NCBI GenBank assembly: GCA_001915925.1
Contig: MNRL01000009.1
Coordinates: 8,319 to 72,318, forward strand
Length of the DNA: 64,000 nucleotides
Source of the DNA: Clostridium sp. CAG:354_28_25
Lineage (GTDB): Bacteria; Bacillota; Clostridia; TANB77; CAG-508
Direction of reading: 5' to 3'
Made by a program: the position numbers and the translations under genes. The notes below the pieces were generated by a model. The model had not been told where the DNA came from. It did not search any database and saw only the letters and a program-made list of their open reading frames with translations. Below are positions 18,688 through 28,781 of this stretch, piece by piece; the first letter of the stretch is position 1, and each line of letters opens with the position of its first letter.

Positions 18688-19347
18688 TTAATTTATAAAC
18701 TTTACTTTATCATCATTTGAATCAGAAATTATGCTTATATTACCATCTATAATTTTTAATGCTTGTAAATTTTTTAACCCTACACCTTGTACATCTTTTG
18801 TTCGCTTCATAATTCTTTCTAATTCCTCTTCTCTTCCATCTAAATTATAATGAGGACATACAAGTAAATCTACTAATCCAATACCTCTTACTCTAGTTAG
18901 TTTAAATTCTTTATATTTTCTCGCATCAGATAATCCATATTTACAAATAGCTATTGCTCCAGCACTAAGACCACAAATTACTTTTCCATCATTATAAGCC
19001 TCTTCTAATAGTGAAATCATATTATATTGCTTTAAAATCTTCATTAGTTCTAAAGTATTTCCACCACCAATATAAATTATATCTGCATTATTAAATCTTT
19101 CTAGAATTAATTCTCGATTGTCCAGTTCTTTCTTTAAAATAGTTTTAGATATACATCCTAAATTCCTATAATTTCTTTTTATAACTCTAAAATATGATTC
19201 TATATGATTTACATTAGCAAAACCAAGAAAAAGAAAGTTTGGCGATTGTTTGTTCGCAAGTGCTACTATTTCCTTATCTATTTTTTGTGTTTCATATTCG
19301 GTTCCTTTTCTTCCTATTTCTCCACCACCAATTATAACAGCTTTTTT
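18688..19347 (-). CDS. peptidase E-like / S51 family (class I glutamine amidotransferase-like)
   Basis: IIYIGGGNT and the GLSAGAI nucleophile elbow. Start set at MKKAVIIGGG. Confidence 0.7.
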   Translation of the reverse strand, partial: KKAVIIGGGEIGRKGTEYETQKIDKEIVALANKQSPNFLFLGFANVNHIESYFRVIKRNYRNLGCISKTILKKELDNRELILERFNNADIIYIGGGNTLELMKILKQYNMISLLEEAYNDGKVICGLSAGAIAICKYGLSDARKYKEFKLTRVRGIGLVDLLVCPHYNLDGREEELERIMKRTKDVQGVGLKNLQALKIIDGNISIISDSNDDKVKFIN

Positions 19348-19363
19348 CATATCTACCATCTCC

Positions 19364-20311
19364 TTATAAAGATTGCTCTGAATCGTCTAGTTTTCTTTTT
19401 CTTTCTGTAATAGCTCTTCTTAGTAATTTTACTCCATTTTCTGTTCCTCTAACTCCCAATCTTAATCCTTCTTCTTGTAATTCTGGAATTTTATCTATAT
19501 CTACATTTAAAAATCTGTTGTATTTATTAGAGTATAAAAATACAGTTGGTTCTTGCTCTCTTATAAATATACAACTTGTATATTCTTCTTGACTCGTTTT
19601 GCAAGGAAAGATATAAAGCTTTTTCCAAATTTCATTTTCTGCTAAACTGGTTAGCATTTTATAATAAAAAGAATATTGCTGCATATATCCCATATTAGCT
19701 GAAATATTAATTATATTCTCATCACCTATAAATTTTGTTACTTTATCTTTTAATGGTAAACCAGACAAATCAGCTATAACCGAATTTATAACTTCATCAG
19801 TATATTCTCCAGTTTCGCTTGTATATCCGATATTCCTATCTACTCTTTCAAGTTCTTCTGTAGGAACCTCAGTTAATAAAACATATTCATCATCATTTGT
19901 ACCAAAATGTCTTGTTCTCCTTCTAGTTTGTATGAATTCTAAATCAGCTTGTAAGTCAAGCTTTATCCTATCACCATTTTTTAGTGTAAGAATATTAAAC
20001 ACATGTTCTAATTCTTTTGGTTCATGTGTAACTGTACAACTATATCCTAATTTCTTAAAAATATATTCGCATTGTCTAGCTAACGAATAACATATAATTT
20101 CTCTGTCATCAAGTCGATCTTCAACTCCAGTTCGCTTTTTAGCTAATCTATATATTTGCTTTTGAGTCGCTGTATTTCCGAAATAGTATCTTACATCAAA
20201 AGTCTTGTTTTTTCCGATTTCTATATAAATCTTTCTAATAAAGCTTAATTCATCTAATTCTTGATATTCAGGATTAGTTTGAATTTCGCGTAATAATTCT
20301 TTTACTTTCAA
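19364..20311 (-). CDS. conserved hypothetical protein, with a possible transglutaminase-like Cys-His-Asp core in the N-terminal half
   Basis: The spacing of CYSLARQ ... EHVFNIL ... KLDLQADL resembles a papain/transglutaminase core. This is weak. Confidence 0.4.
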   Translation of the reverse strand: MKVKELLREIQTNPEYQELDELSFIRKIYIEIGKNKTFDVRYYFGNTATQKQIYRLAKKRTGVEDRLDDREIICYSLARQCEYIFKKLGYSCTVTHEPKELEHVFNILTLKNGDRIKLDLQADLEFIQTRRRTRHFGTNDDEYVLLTEVPTEELERVDRNIGYTSETGEYTDEVINSVIADLSGLPLKDKVTKFIGDENIINISANMGYMQQYSFYYKMLTSLAENEIWKKLYIFPCKTSQEEYTSCIFIREQEPTVFLYSNKYNRFLNVDIDKIPELQEEGLRLGVRGTENGVKLLRRAITERKRKLDDSEQSL

Positions 20312-20315
20312 TATT

Positions 20316-21392
20316 TTAACCTTCTATCATTTTTAATATTTCTTCTTTTAATTCATTTACAATATTTTCTTGGGGAATTTTTCTAATTATTTTTCCTTTT
20401 TTAAATAGTAAACCTTCTTTTATTCCACCAGCAATACCTATATCTGCATTACTAGCTTCTCCTGGTCCATTTACTGCACATCCCATGACAGCAACAGTTA
20501 TATCACTATTTATAGTTTGTAAAAATTCTTCTACTTCTTTTGCCATTGGTATTAAATCTATTTGTGTTCTACCACAAGTAGGACATGAAACTAATGTTGG
20601 AACATTATTATACAAATTACAATCTTTTAATATTTCTTTTACAACCTTAATTTCTTCTATAGGATCATCTGATAAAGAAACTCTTATTGTATCTCCTATT
20701 CCCTCTCTTAATAAAATTCCAAGTCCAATACTTGATTTTATAGTACCACTAAATGCTGTTCCAGCTTCTGTTATTCCTAAATGTAATGGATATTTAAAAG
20801 TTTTAGCAGCCTCTTCATAGCTTTCTATACATAAATCTAAATTAGACGCTTTTAAAGATATTGCTATATCATAAAAATCTAAGTCTTCTAATATTTGTAC
20901 ATGTCTTTTTGCACTTTCTACCATCGCTTTGGCTGTAGGCTTACCACCATACTTTGCTAACAAATCTTTTTCCAAGGATCCAGCATTAACTCCTATTCTT
21001 ATAGGAACATTGTATTCTTTGCATTTGTCTACAACTGCTTTTACTTTCTCTTTGCCACCAATATTACCTGGATTAATTCTAACTTTATCTACTCCAGCTT
21101 CTATAGCACATATTGCGATTTTATAGTCAAAGTGAATGTCTGCTACTATTGGTATATGTATTTGTTCTTTTATATCTTTTATTGCTTTTGCATCTTCCAT
21201 ATCTAAACATGCAACACGTATTATTTCGCAACCAGCTTTTTCTAATTCTAATATTTGTTTAACTGTTGAAGCTACATCTTTTGTTTTTGTATTTGTCATA
21301 GATTGTATTATTACTTTATTTTGGCCACCAATTTGCACATTACCAACTTTTATAGGTCTAGTTTCAGTTCTTTTATACATAACATCCTCCAT
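20316..21392 (-). CDS. ispG: 4-hydroxy-3-methylbut-2-en-1-yl diphosphate synthase (flavodoxin)
   Basis: GcpE family: [16 protein letters not shown]-terminal cluster cysteines CPTCGR and GCAVNGPGE. The start may be the internal MYKRTE. Confidence 0.96.
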   Translation of the reverse strand: MEDVMYKRTETRPIKVGNVQIGGQNKVIIQSMTNTKTKDVASTVKQILELEKAGCEIIRVACLDMEDAKAIKDIKEQIHIPIVADIHFDYKIAICAIEAGVDKVRINPGNIGGKEKVKAVVDKCKEYNVPIRIGVNAGSLEKDLLAKYGGKPTAKAMVESAKRHVQILEDLDFYDIAISLKASNLDLCIESYEEAAKTFKYPLHLGITEAGTAFSGTIKSSIGLGILLREGIGDTIRVSLSDDPIEEIKVVKEILKDCNLYNNVPTLVSCPTCGRTQIDLIPMAKEVEEFLQTINSDITVAVMGCAVNGPGEASNADIGIAGGIKEGLLFKKGKIIRKIPQENIVNELKEEILKMIEG

Positions 21393-22057
21393 TATTTTTT
21401 TGTTAATTTAGCTATTAAAGCTTTTATCTTTATTCCTTTTTCTGAGAACATTTTTTCATGTTCTGTTTGGATGTCTTCCCAATCGGTCTCAGAATGTAAA
21501 TCATAGGTTAGTTTTATAATTTCAAAACCACTCTCTTTAAAATAGTTTATGCTAGATTCAAATAAATCATCATCATCAGTTTTAAAATGTATTTCTCCAC
21601 CTGCTACTAAAAATTCTTTATACTTTTCTAATTGCCTTGTATGTGTTAATCTTTTCTTTCTATGCTTTCCTCTAGGCCAAGGATTGCAAAAATTAATATA
21701 AATTCTTTCTATATTATCATTATTATTCATCATTAAAAGAATTCTTTCTATATCAAATCTTGTAAGAATAACATTATCTGGTTCTTTATTGTTTTCTTTA
21801 AATTCTTGTTCTACATTTCTTTTAGCTAAACCTAACATTGCATCTACTAAATCTATTGCAATATAATTTACATTTGGATTTTGCAGAGCTATTTGAGATA
21901 TAAAATTACCTTTACCACACCCAAGTTCTAAATGTATAGGATTATTTGTATTTTTAAAAGCTGTTTTCCATTTTCCTTTATAATCTTCTGGATTATCTAT
22001 ATAAAATTTGCAAGCTTCTAATTCTGGTCTTGCCCATGGCTTAAATCTAATTCTCAT
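21392..22057 (-). CDS. trmB: tRNA (guanine46-N7)-methyltransferase
   Basis: [13 protein letters not shown] motif and [13 protein letters not shown]. Start set at MRIRFKPW, preceded by AAGGAGGA. The longer tracked ORF would read through repeat R3. Confidence 0.92.
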   Translation of the reverse strand: MRIRFKPWARPELEACKFYIDNPEDYKGKWKTAFKNTNNPIHLELGCGKGNFISQIALQNPNVNYIAIDLVDAMLGLAKRNVEQEFKENNKEPDNVILTRFDIERILLMMNNNDNIERIYINFCNPWPRGKHRKKRLTHTRQLEKYKEFLVAGGEIHFKTDDDDLFESSINYFKESGFEIIKLTYDLHSETDWEDIQTEHEKMFSEKGIKIKALIAKLTKK

Positions 22058-22070
22058 TTTATTCCTCCTT

Positions 22071-22099
22071 AGGGATTTGAGGACGGTCCTTTTTTCCCT
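22071..22099 (+). repeat. GC-rich intergenic repeat family, copy R3 (agggatttgaggacggtccttttttccct)
   Basis: 27/29 identical to the reverse complement of R4. Abuts the trmB Shine-Dalgarno. Confidence 0.85.
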
Positions 22100-22165
22100 T
22101 CTATTTTGCATATCTATTATATCTAATTAAGCATAAAAAAACAACCAAAACTTAAGTTCTAGTTG

Positions 22166-22474
22166 TTATTGTATAGGGGTAATCTCGTATTTCATATCCT
22201 CTATTATATCTTTCATTACGATAGGTGTAACATAGTTTTCTTTTAACTTATCTATAATTGAGATTACTTCAGTTTCATTTTCTGATATATCATCTATGTT
22301 TCCTACTTCTCTTGTCATTTTTGAATCCTCATTATATTGAATTTTTACTATTTCTAATCCATAGCTTTTATTCGCATAGGTTAAATAATACAGCAAACTC
22401 ACTGGATGTTCTACTCCTAATTCAATCATTAACTTTGGATCAAAAAATATTCCTCCACAAAATCTTTTACTCAT
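22166..22474 (-). CDS. hypothetical protein (102 aa)
   Basis: Complete ORF of native AT-rich composition, with a GGAAGGGG RBS-like motif upstream. Confidence 0.5.
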   Translation of the reverse strand: MSKRFCGGIFFDPKLMIELGVEHPVSLLYYLTYANKSYGLEIVKIQYNEDSKMTREVGNIDDISENETEVISIIDKLKENYVTPIVMKDIIEDMKYEITPIQ

Positions 22475-22671
22475 TTGTTTATTACCCCTTCCTTTTTTTC
22501 TTAAGTTAAAATTGTGTAAAAATTTTAGCTTGTATATTCTACTGTATACCTATAGCCTTATAAAATCAAGCATTTTCGTTCGTCATTTTTCTCGCTTTTT
22601 GACTTTTTTCGACAAAACGAAAACCCATAACTTAACTACATTATACCATATTTAAGTTATGAGTTTTATTT

Positions 22672-23286
22672 TTATACAGCTTCTGCATAATACTTAATTA
22701 TCTTATTATTAATTTCGTTATCTGATGCGTTTAATATCCTATTATAATTTTTAGCTTTTTTATATATTTTTATGATTTTGTTAATTCCATATATATTAAT
22801 TAATGATAAAGTAATAAAATATGCATCACTAAAAGATTTTATATCATTAATATTTAATTTTTGATATGAATAAGTTGTTTTTGCATCGTTTAAGCCGAAA
22901 AGATATGTTGTAATATCTAACCAATTAGGAATCTCGTCAAAATTATCAGCAAGAATCATATCTGCAACAGATTTTTGTGCAATTTTCATAATATCGCTAT
23001 ATGAATGTACATTTCCTGGGTTTAAAGGCGTTACTAATTTTAAAGTTCCATCTTCGCATTCTAATGCAACTTCCCATTCTTCTCTTTTTTTACCAAACAC
23101 TTCTTTATGTAATTCTTCTACACTATTATATAACTGTATTATAATTTTTCTGTCATAATTTTTTAACTTAAATAAACTTGTGATAGTCTCATACGCAATT
23201 AGTACTTGGTTCATAAGTTCGAGCACACACGGCTCATTCTCGTCACTATATTGAATTTGGATATTACCATCATCAAATTGCTTCAT
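22672..23286 (-). CDS. hypothetical protein (204 aa)
   Basis: Complete ORF with an AAGGAGTG RBS. A hairpin terminator lies downstream at about 22627-22662. Confidence 0.5.
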   Translation of the reverse strand: MKQFDDGNIQIQYSDENEPCVLELMNQVLIAYETITSLFKLKNYDRKIIIQLYNSVEELHKEVFGKKREEWEVALECEDGTLKLVTPLNPGNVHSYSDIMKIAQKSVADMILADNFDEIPNWLDITTYLFGLNDAKTTYSYQKLNINDIKSFSDAYFITLSLINIYGINKIIKIYKKAKNYNRILNASDNEINNKIIKYYAEAV

Positions 23287-23411
23287 TTATATAAATCACT
23301 CCTTAATTTCTTAATACATTTATTATATATTATTTTAGCTTGTGTGTCTACTTTTAATAATTCATATTGTTGATTTAACGATACAAGCAGTTCTTTTATG
23401 TTTTATTGTAT

Positions 23412-23440
23412 AGGGAAAAAAGGAACGTCCCCAAATCCCT
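23412..23440 (-). repeat. GC-rich intergenic repeat family, copy R4 (reverse complement agggatttggggacgttccttttttccct)
   Basis: Inverted relative to R3. It overlaps the tsaC TAG stop codon by two nucleotides. Confidence 0.85.
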
Positions 23441-24470
23441 ATATTTCTATATAATTATATTCACAAGCACGTAATAATCTATTATTTAATGCCAATCCTA
23501 ATCCATCTTTTTGCATACCTTCTATAATTACAATATCTACATTGTAATTATCTACTTGCCTTAATATAGAAAATATATTATGTGCCATTTCATCTAATGA
23601 GCTACCCATCTTTATTTTATTTTTAGTAGCGTATTTATCAAAATTTTTATCTCTACATACTACTAATGCATTTTTACCACTTATAAGCTCATTTATTTTA
23701 TTTACCATAGATTCTTCGTTCTTACTATATACCATCATGCATTTAGTATTTGGCGCATAATGTCTATATTTCATACCTGGTGACAGTACTTTTTCTTTCC
23801 CGTCATATTTTCCAAGAATGTTCTTATCTATCTCTACTTCTATTCTTAATTTTTCGATATCTTCTTTAGTTATTTTACCAGGTCTTAATATTCTTACTTT
23901 ATTATCTATAACTCTAACTACAGTTGATTCCAATCCTATATCTACCATCCCATCATCTATAATAGTTGAGACTTTTCCATCAAATTCTTTTAATATATCT
24001 TCTATTTTAGTTCCACTTGGTCTGCCAGATACATTCGCACTTGGTGCAGCAATTGGTACACCCGCATATTCTATTAATTTGCTTGCAATTTTATTTGATG
24101 GCATTCTTATCCCAACAGTATCTAGTCCTGCTGTAACAGATTTTGGAATTATGTTTTTAGCTTTTAATATTAATGTAAAAGGACCTGGGCAAAAGGTATT
24201 AATTAATATTTTTTCTACTTCATTTGGTTCTTCTACGAGTTGTTTAATCATGTCTACATTATTTACATGTACTATTAAAGGGTTATCCCCTGCCCTCCCC
24301 TTTGCTTTAAAAATATTTTTACAAGCATTATCATTTAATGCATTTGCACCTATTCCATATACTGTTTCTGTTGGAAATATTACTAGTTTCCCATTTAGTA
24401 TATCTTGTGCTGCTTCTTTTATTTTTTCTTCATTATATTCTTCTTTTAAATTTATATATTTTGTTTTCAA
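23439..24470 (-). CDS. tsaC: L-threonylcarbamoyladenylate synthase (Sua5/YwlC type, two domains)
   Basis: YrdC domain (FPTETVYGIGANA, PSANVSGRPS) plus a Sua5 C-terminal domain. Confidence 0.93.
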   Translation of the reverse strand: MKTKYINLKEEYNEEKIKEAAQDILNGKLVIFPTETVYGIGANALNDNACKNIFKAKGRAGDNPLIVHVNNVDMIKQLVEEPNEVEKILINTFCPGPFTLILKAKNIIPKSVTAGLDTVGIRMPSNKIASKLIEYAGVPIAAPSANVSGRPSGTKIEDILKEFDGKVSTIIDDGMVDIGLESTVVRVIDNKVRILRPGKITKEDIEKLRIEVEIDKNILGKYDGKEKVLSPGMKYRHYAPNTKCMMVYSKNEESMVNKINELISGKNALVVCRDKNFDKYATKNKIKMGSSLDEMAHNIFSILRQVDNYNVDIVIIEGMQKDGLGLALNNRLLRACEYNYIEI

Positions 24471-24545
24471 TTTTACACCTTCTAATTATTTTTCCTCCAA
24501 TATTATAGTCTGTTTTTGCTTAAAAATCAAGGCGTGATAATCGTA

Positions 24546-24602
24546 ATATAAAAGGGAACACACCTAAGCTTGAGTGCTTAGGTGTGCGAACAAAGTTTGT
24601 TC
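24546..24602 (-). terminator. double-hairpin terminator of the 24619-25344 gene
   Basis: gaacaaa-g-tttgttc and cacacctaagc-ttgagt-gcttaggtgtg, followed by TTCCCTTTTAT on the minus strand. Confidence 0.6.
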
Positions 24603-24618
24603 TTTTTCCCTTAAGAGA

Positions 24619-25344
24619 TTACTTACACATATTCCAAATGTTCTTATACCTCGGATCTGTGGGCACTTCACCGTTTGATAACGGTACGAAGCGGTCCTTG
24701 CGTTTAAACCCTGATGCCTGAAGTGCTTCGACCACGTCCCAGTTTCTAGTTACATATGTTTTACCATCGCAGTACACGAACTGGCATGTACCATTATTGG
24801 TTGCATATGTTCCCATCCAGGAACATGTGGTAGAGTCAAAACACATGCTGCTCAGGACCGGATATACAATACTGTCACCATAGAGGTGATGTGTTATCAA
24901 TCCGCCTCCAGGAATCTCGAAGCACATTGCCACGAGCTTGGGATCAATACTCTTAATTCCGTTTTTCTTGCAGAATCCCTTGCAGTCTTCAAGAAACTCT
25001 TCTCTCAGGCTCTTTCTCTGCTCTTCAAGCAACTTTTTCCACTGAGCTTCATATGCCAGCGGATAATCTCCATTGCTGAAGGGTACATAGAAATAGGATT
25101 TGCGGAATCCTTCTGACTGCAGAGTTGCGTATGCTCCCCACATTTCGGGAATAACATACACCGTTCCTTCAAGAGCGAAAGACAGGATTCCATTGTTCAT
25201 ATCGAACTTATGCTCGAATTTGAACGGGATTTCTCCCAATGCCAACGGTTCATTTTTTCCTTCCTGCGGCCAGTAGACCACCATTCCATCTTTTACCTCG
25301 ATAGCATCCTTCCGGATTTCTTCAACATTTGCATATTTTTTCAT
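24619..25344 (-). CDS. hypothetical protein (241 aa) with an internal domain duplication. This is the strongest GC island in the window.
   Basis: The sample 24661-24720 is 32/60 G+C. Two modules share Y-V...W...LQ-[SA]-x-GF-[RK]-[KR]...VP-x-SNG-x-x-P...W. Confidence 0.6.
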   Translation of the reverse strand: MKKYANVEEIRKDAIEVKDGMVVYWPQEGKNEPLALGEIPFKFEHKFDMNNGILSFALEGTVYVIPEMWGAYATLQSEGFRKSYFYVPFSNGDYPLAYEAQWKKLLEEQRKSLREEFLEDCKGFCKKNGIKSIDPKLVAMCFEIPGGGLITHHLYGDSIVYPVLSSMCFDSTTCSWMGTYATNNGTCQFVYCDGKTYVTRNWDVVEALQASGFKRKDRFVPLSNGEVPTDPRYKNIWNMCK

Positions 25345-25476
25345 CTCTTTTTACCTCCTTTATTTTTTTGTCAAACCTTGTTGCTATATATAGAAAGTTC
25401 TCTATATACAGGAGATGAAATATTCAACAGATTTGATACATTTAATTATATCATATTTACATAAAATAGTAAAATA

Positions 25477-26928
25477 TTATATGTTTTTAATATTCCTCTT
25501 CTTAAATGAAACTATAGAAGCTACTAACATGATTGCAAAATATATTGCACAAATAGTTATAGAAAATTCTATACTAATTCCATTAAACATTGGAGTTCCA
25601 CCAAATAAATATTGGCTTAAATCCCAGTTAGGTGTTACAAAATATTTTACCCAGTCCCATTTATAAGATATAGCAATCATATTAATCATATCACTACCCA
25701 TGTATCCAAGTATAGGTAATGCAACTGCAAGTGGTGAATTTAAGAAAAGTGTACTTAATGCAAAAGCTAATGTTCCAATTAAAATAAATATTGGTAATTT
25801 ACATATAAATATTAAACCAAGATATGCAAAAATGTTTAATGTTACAATACTATTAGTTGTAAAATCAAACTGTACAACATTCATCATATAAGTTCCAAAG
25901 CCATATACAATTCCACCAATAATAAATTGTAATAATAAAATTGTGGCTGTGGTAATAAGCATTGTTATAAATACAGCAATTAATTTTGAAATAAGTATTT
26001 TAGTTCTACTATATGGTCTAACTAATAGTAATTTTACAGTACCTTTATTAAACTCTTCACTAATTGAAACTCCAGCAACTATAACAACAACCATAACTAT
26101 AATTGCGATATATGTGCCTATTGAATTTTGGAAAGTATAATTTGCTGTAGCAGTATTTTGATATTCTGTATCATTATATAAATCATATTTATATAAATTT
26201 GCTTTTTCTAAATATCCATTTATTTCTGACTTTTCATCATCTGTTAGATTTTTTCCTTGTGATGATTGAATATAATTACCCATGTACATTCTATAATTTT
26301 GTACAGCTATACTTTTATAGTTATCACTACCATAATTAATGTTCTTATCTAATCTTAAATTAACTACTTCTTTTTGTAATTCTAAACTCTTTAATTGAGT
26401 TTTTAAATCATCATTTTCACTATCTTGTGCTATTAAGGCATTCAATTCTTCTATTTGTGTATTTAAACTATCTAATTCTTTATTTGCAAAATACTTCCAA
26501 TCATTATTTTTTAAAGCTGTAAGCATTTCATCATATTTAGCTTTAGAACTAGTAAGTGCTTCATTATTTTTATCTATATATTCATAATTATTCATTTCCT
26601 CTATTATAGGAGAAATAACTGTTCCAATTACTTCTGCTTGCCAGCTAGTTTCTTTATAATCTTTTGCAAGAGTTGCTAGATCTTTTTGTGATTTAGTTTC
26701 TACATATTTATTTATATCTGAAGGTTTATTAGGGTCTAAATTTGATAATTCTTCATCTAAATATTGTATATAACCTTCTGAATATGCAGAATATGAATTT
26801 GACATGTTTTGACTTACTTTATTTAAAACATTAAAACCTATTATTATAACTAAAATAATTACTCCAATAACAATCATACTTTTCTTTGAAAAAATCTTTA
26901 TTAACTCATTTTTTATTAACTTACTCAA
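25477..26928 (-). CDS. ABC-2-type transporter permease with a large coiled-coil extracytoplasmic insert
   Basis: N-terminal TM segment, a roughly 250-aa hydrophilic helical region, then 5 TM segments. Overlaps the upstream ATPase gene by 8 nt. Confidence 0.7.
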   Translation of the reverse strand: MSKLIKNELIKIFSKKSMIVIGVIILVIIIGFNVLNKVSQNMSNSYSAYSEGYIQYLDEELSNLDPNKPSDINKYVETKSQKDLATLAKDYKETSWQAEVIGTVISPIIEEMNNYEYIDKNNEALTSSKAKYDEMLTALKNNDWKYFANKELDSLNTQIEELNALIAQDSENDDLKTQLKSLELQKEVVNLRLDKNINYGSDNYKSIAVQNYRMYMGNYIQSSQGKNLTDDEKSEINGYLEKANLYKYDLYNDTEYQNTATANYTFQNSIGTYIAIIVMVVVIVAGVSISEEFNKGTVKLLLVRPYSRTKILISKLIAVFITMLITTATILLLQFIIGGIVYGFGTYMMNVVQFDFTTNSIVTLNIFAYLGLIFICKLPIFILIGTLAFALSTLFLNSPLAVALPILGYMGSDMINMIAISYKWDWVKYFVTPNWDLSQYLFGGTPMFNGISIEFSITICAIYFAIMLVASIVSFKKRNIKNI

Positions 26929-27833
26929 TTACATTACCCCCTGTTTTCTTTAAGAATGCATCTTCCAAGCTTAAATTTTCTTCTGAAACATTATATAGTT
27001 TTACATTTCGTAAAACTAATTCTTTAATTAGAAGAGGAACTTTTTCTTTCTCTATATAAACTCTAACTTCTGTTTCTGTTAAAATATCCATCTTATAATC
27101 TATAATAGAGCCTATTACACTAGAATCCTCTACTTCTAATATATAACAATTGTTTTTAATATCTTTTTTGAATGTATCTATATCATTTGTTTCTACTATT
27201 TCACCATTCTTAATAATTGATATCTTATTACAGAATGTATCTAACTCTGCTAAATTATGGCTAGATATTAAAATTGCCATATTTTCTTGTTCAGCTAATT
27301 TTTTAAGCAATACCTTTACTTCTTTTATTCCTTCAGGATCCAAACCATTTGTTGGTTCATCCAATATTAATAATTTAGGTCGATGTAATAATGCTTGAGC
27401 AATTCCTAATCTTTGTCTCATTCCTAATGAGTACTTAGAAACCTTATCTTTTATCCTGTTTTCTAGTCCAACTAGTTTTACAATTTCATCAATTCTTTTT
27501 TTGTCAACATTTTTATATAAGTTGGCTACTAATTTTAAATTTTCATAACCAGACATATACATATATAAATCAGGACTCTCTACTATTGTTCCTACATTTT
27601 CTATTGCTTTTTTAAAGTTTTCCTCTATATCATATCCATTAATATATACCTTTCCAGAAGTTATATTTTGAAGTCCTAGTATAAGTTTTATAGTAGTTGT
27701 TTTACCAGCACCATTCGGACCTATAAATCCTAAAATATCTCCTTCCAATAATTGTAATGATACACCTTTTAAAATTTCTTTCTGACCGAAAATTCTTTTT
27801 TAAATTTTCACATCTTAATACAATCTTTTTCAA
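26921..27833 (-). pseudogene. ABC transporter ATP-binding protein with a frameshift in its first about 15 codons (or a homopolymer sequencing error)
   Basis: TTG start with a GGGAGGGG RBS gives MKKIVLRCENLKKNF. The conserved continuation FGQKEILKGVSLQLLEGDILGFIGPNGAGKTT is in the +1 frame after the A4/T4 run at 27789-27792. Confidence 0.75.
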
Positions 27834-27932
27834 GTCTTTCCCCTCCCTATTGTTTTTACTGTTCATATATTAGCACATAAATATTAAGGAAAAAGTATAC
27901 AATTTATTAAGATTTTATTTAGGAGGATTAAT

Positions 27933-28781
27933 TTGAAAATTAAAGTTATACAATTATCTAAAATGCTACTTTTTTTAACAATATTAGTAATTCTTTTAAC
28001 AGTTGGAATTTCTATAGCTATTGCTAATTCAGAAGAATATATAAAAGTTCCAATAATTATGTATCATAGTATTTTAAAAGATCCATCAAGATCTAATAAA
28101 TATACTGTTACTCCTAGCGTTTTAGAAGAAGATTTAAAATATATTAAAGATAATGGTTATACTACTGTTACAATATCTGATTTAATTTCTTATGTATATG
28201 ATGATACGCCACTACCAGAAAAACCAATAGTATTAACTTTTGATGATGGTCATTACAATAATTATGGATATTTATTTCCTTTGTTAGAAAAGTACGATAT
28301 GAAAGCAGTTATATCGATTGTTGGTTCTTATACAGATAAATTTACAGAAACTGATGAAGCAAATTTAAATTATTCATATTTAAGATGGAAAGATATTAAA
28401 GAATTAATGGATACTGGACGCATAGAATTTCAAAATCATACCTATAGCTTGCACAGTAATACTGGCAAACGAAATGGTACAAAGAAAATAAAAGGTGAAA
28501 CAGATGAACATTATAAGAATGTATTAGAAGAGGATATTTTAAAACTTCAACAAGAATTTGAAGAGAATACTAATTATACTCCACAATGTTTTACATATCC
28601 TTTTGGAGGAATTAGTAATGCATCATTAAACATAATAAAAGAATTAGGTTTTAAAGCAAGTTTATCTTGCGAACAAGGCATCAATAAACTAACCAAAAAT
28701 CCTAATTCCTTATATTTGTTAAAAAGATATAACAGACCAAGTTATATTAGCACATATAACTTTTTTCAAAAAATTAATTAA
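27933..28781 (+). CDS. polysaccharide deacetylase family protein (NodB homology domain), membrane anchored
   Basis: N-terminal TM segment, IMYHSI, LTFDDGHYNNY, HTYSLH. TTG start with AGGAGGA upstream. Confidence 0.85.
   Translation: MKIKVIQLSKMLLFLTILVILLTVGISIAIANSEEYIKVPIIMYHSILKDPSRSNKYTVTPSVLEEDLKYIKDNGYTTVTISDLISYVYDDTPLPEKPIVLTFDDGHYNNYGYLFPLLEKYDMKAVISIVGSYTDKFTETDEANLNYSYLRWKDIKELMDTGRIEFQNHTYSLHSNTGKRNGTKKIKGETDEHYKNVLEEDILKLQQEFEENTNYTPQCFTYPFGGISNASLNIIKELGFKASLSCEQGINKLTKNPNSLYLLKRYNRPSYISTYNFFQKIN

Noticed and set aside
21392-22111. An extended N-terminus of TrmB ([18 protein letters not shown]...) covering repeat R3.
   Set aside because: The conserved protein begins at MRIRFKPW, which has a strong AAGGAGGA Shine-Dalgarno. 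The extension is simply the repeat read in frame.
23818-24537. Long plus-strand ORF (239 aa) antisense to tsaC. Similar antisense ORFs occur at 43362-43913, 62129-62644, 33691-34122, 35337-35744 and 51952-52344.
   Set aside because: All lie opposite genes with strong family signatures. Their translations are low-complexity Ser/Ile/Phe/Leu-rich strings with no ribosome-binding sites. This is typical of shadow ORFs on the antisense strand of AT-rich coding DNA.
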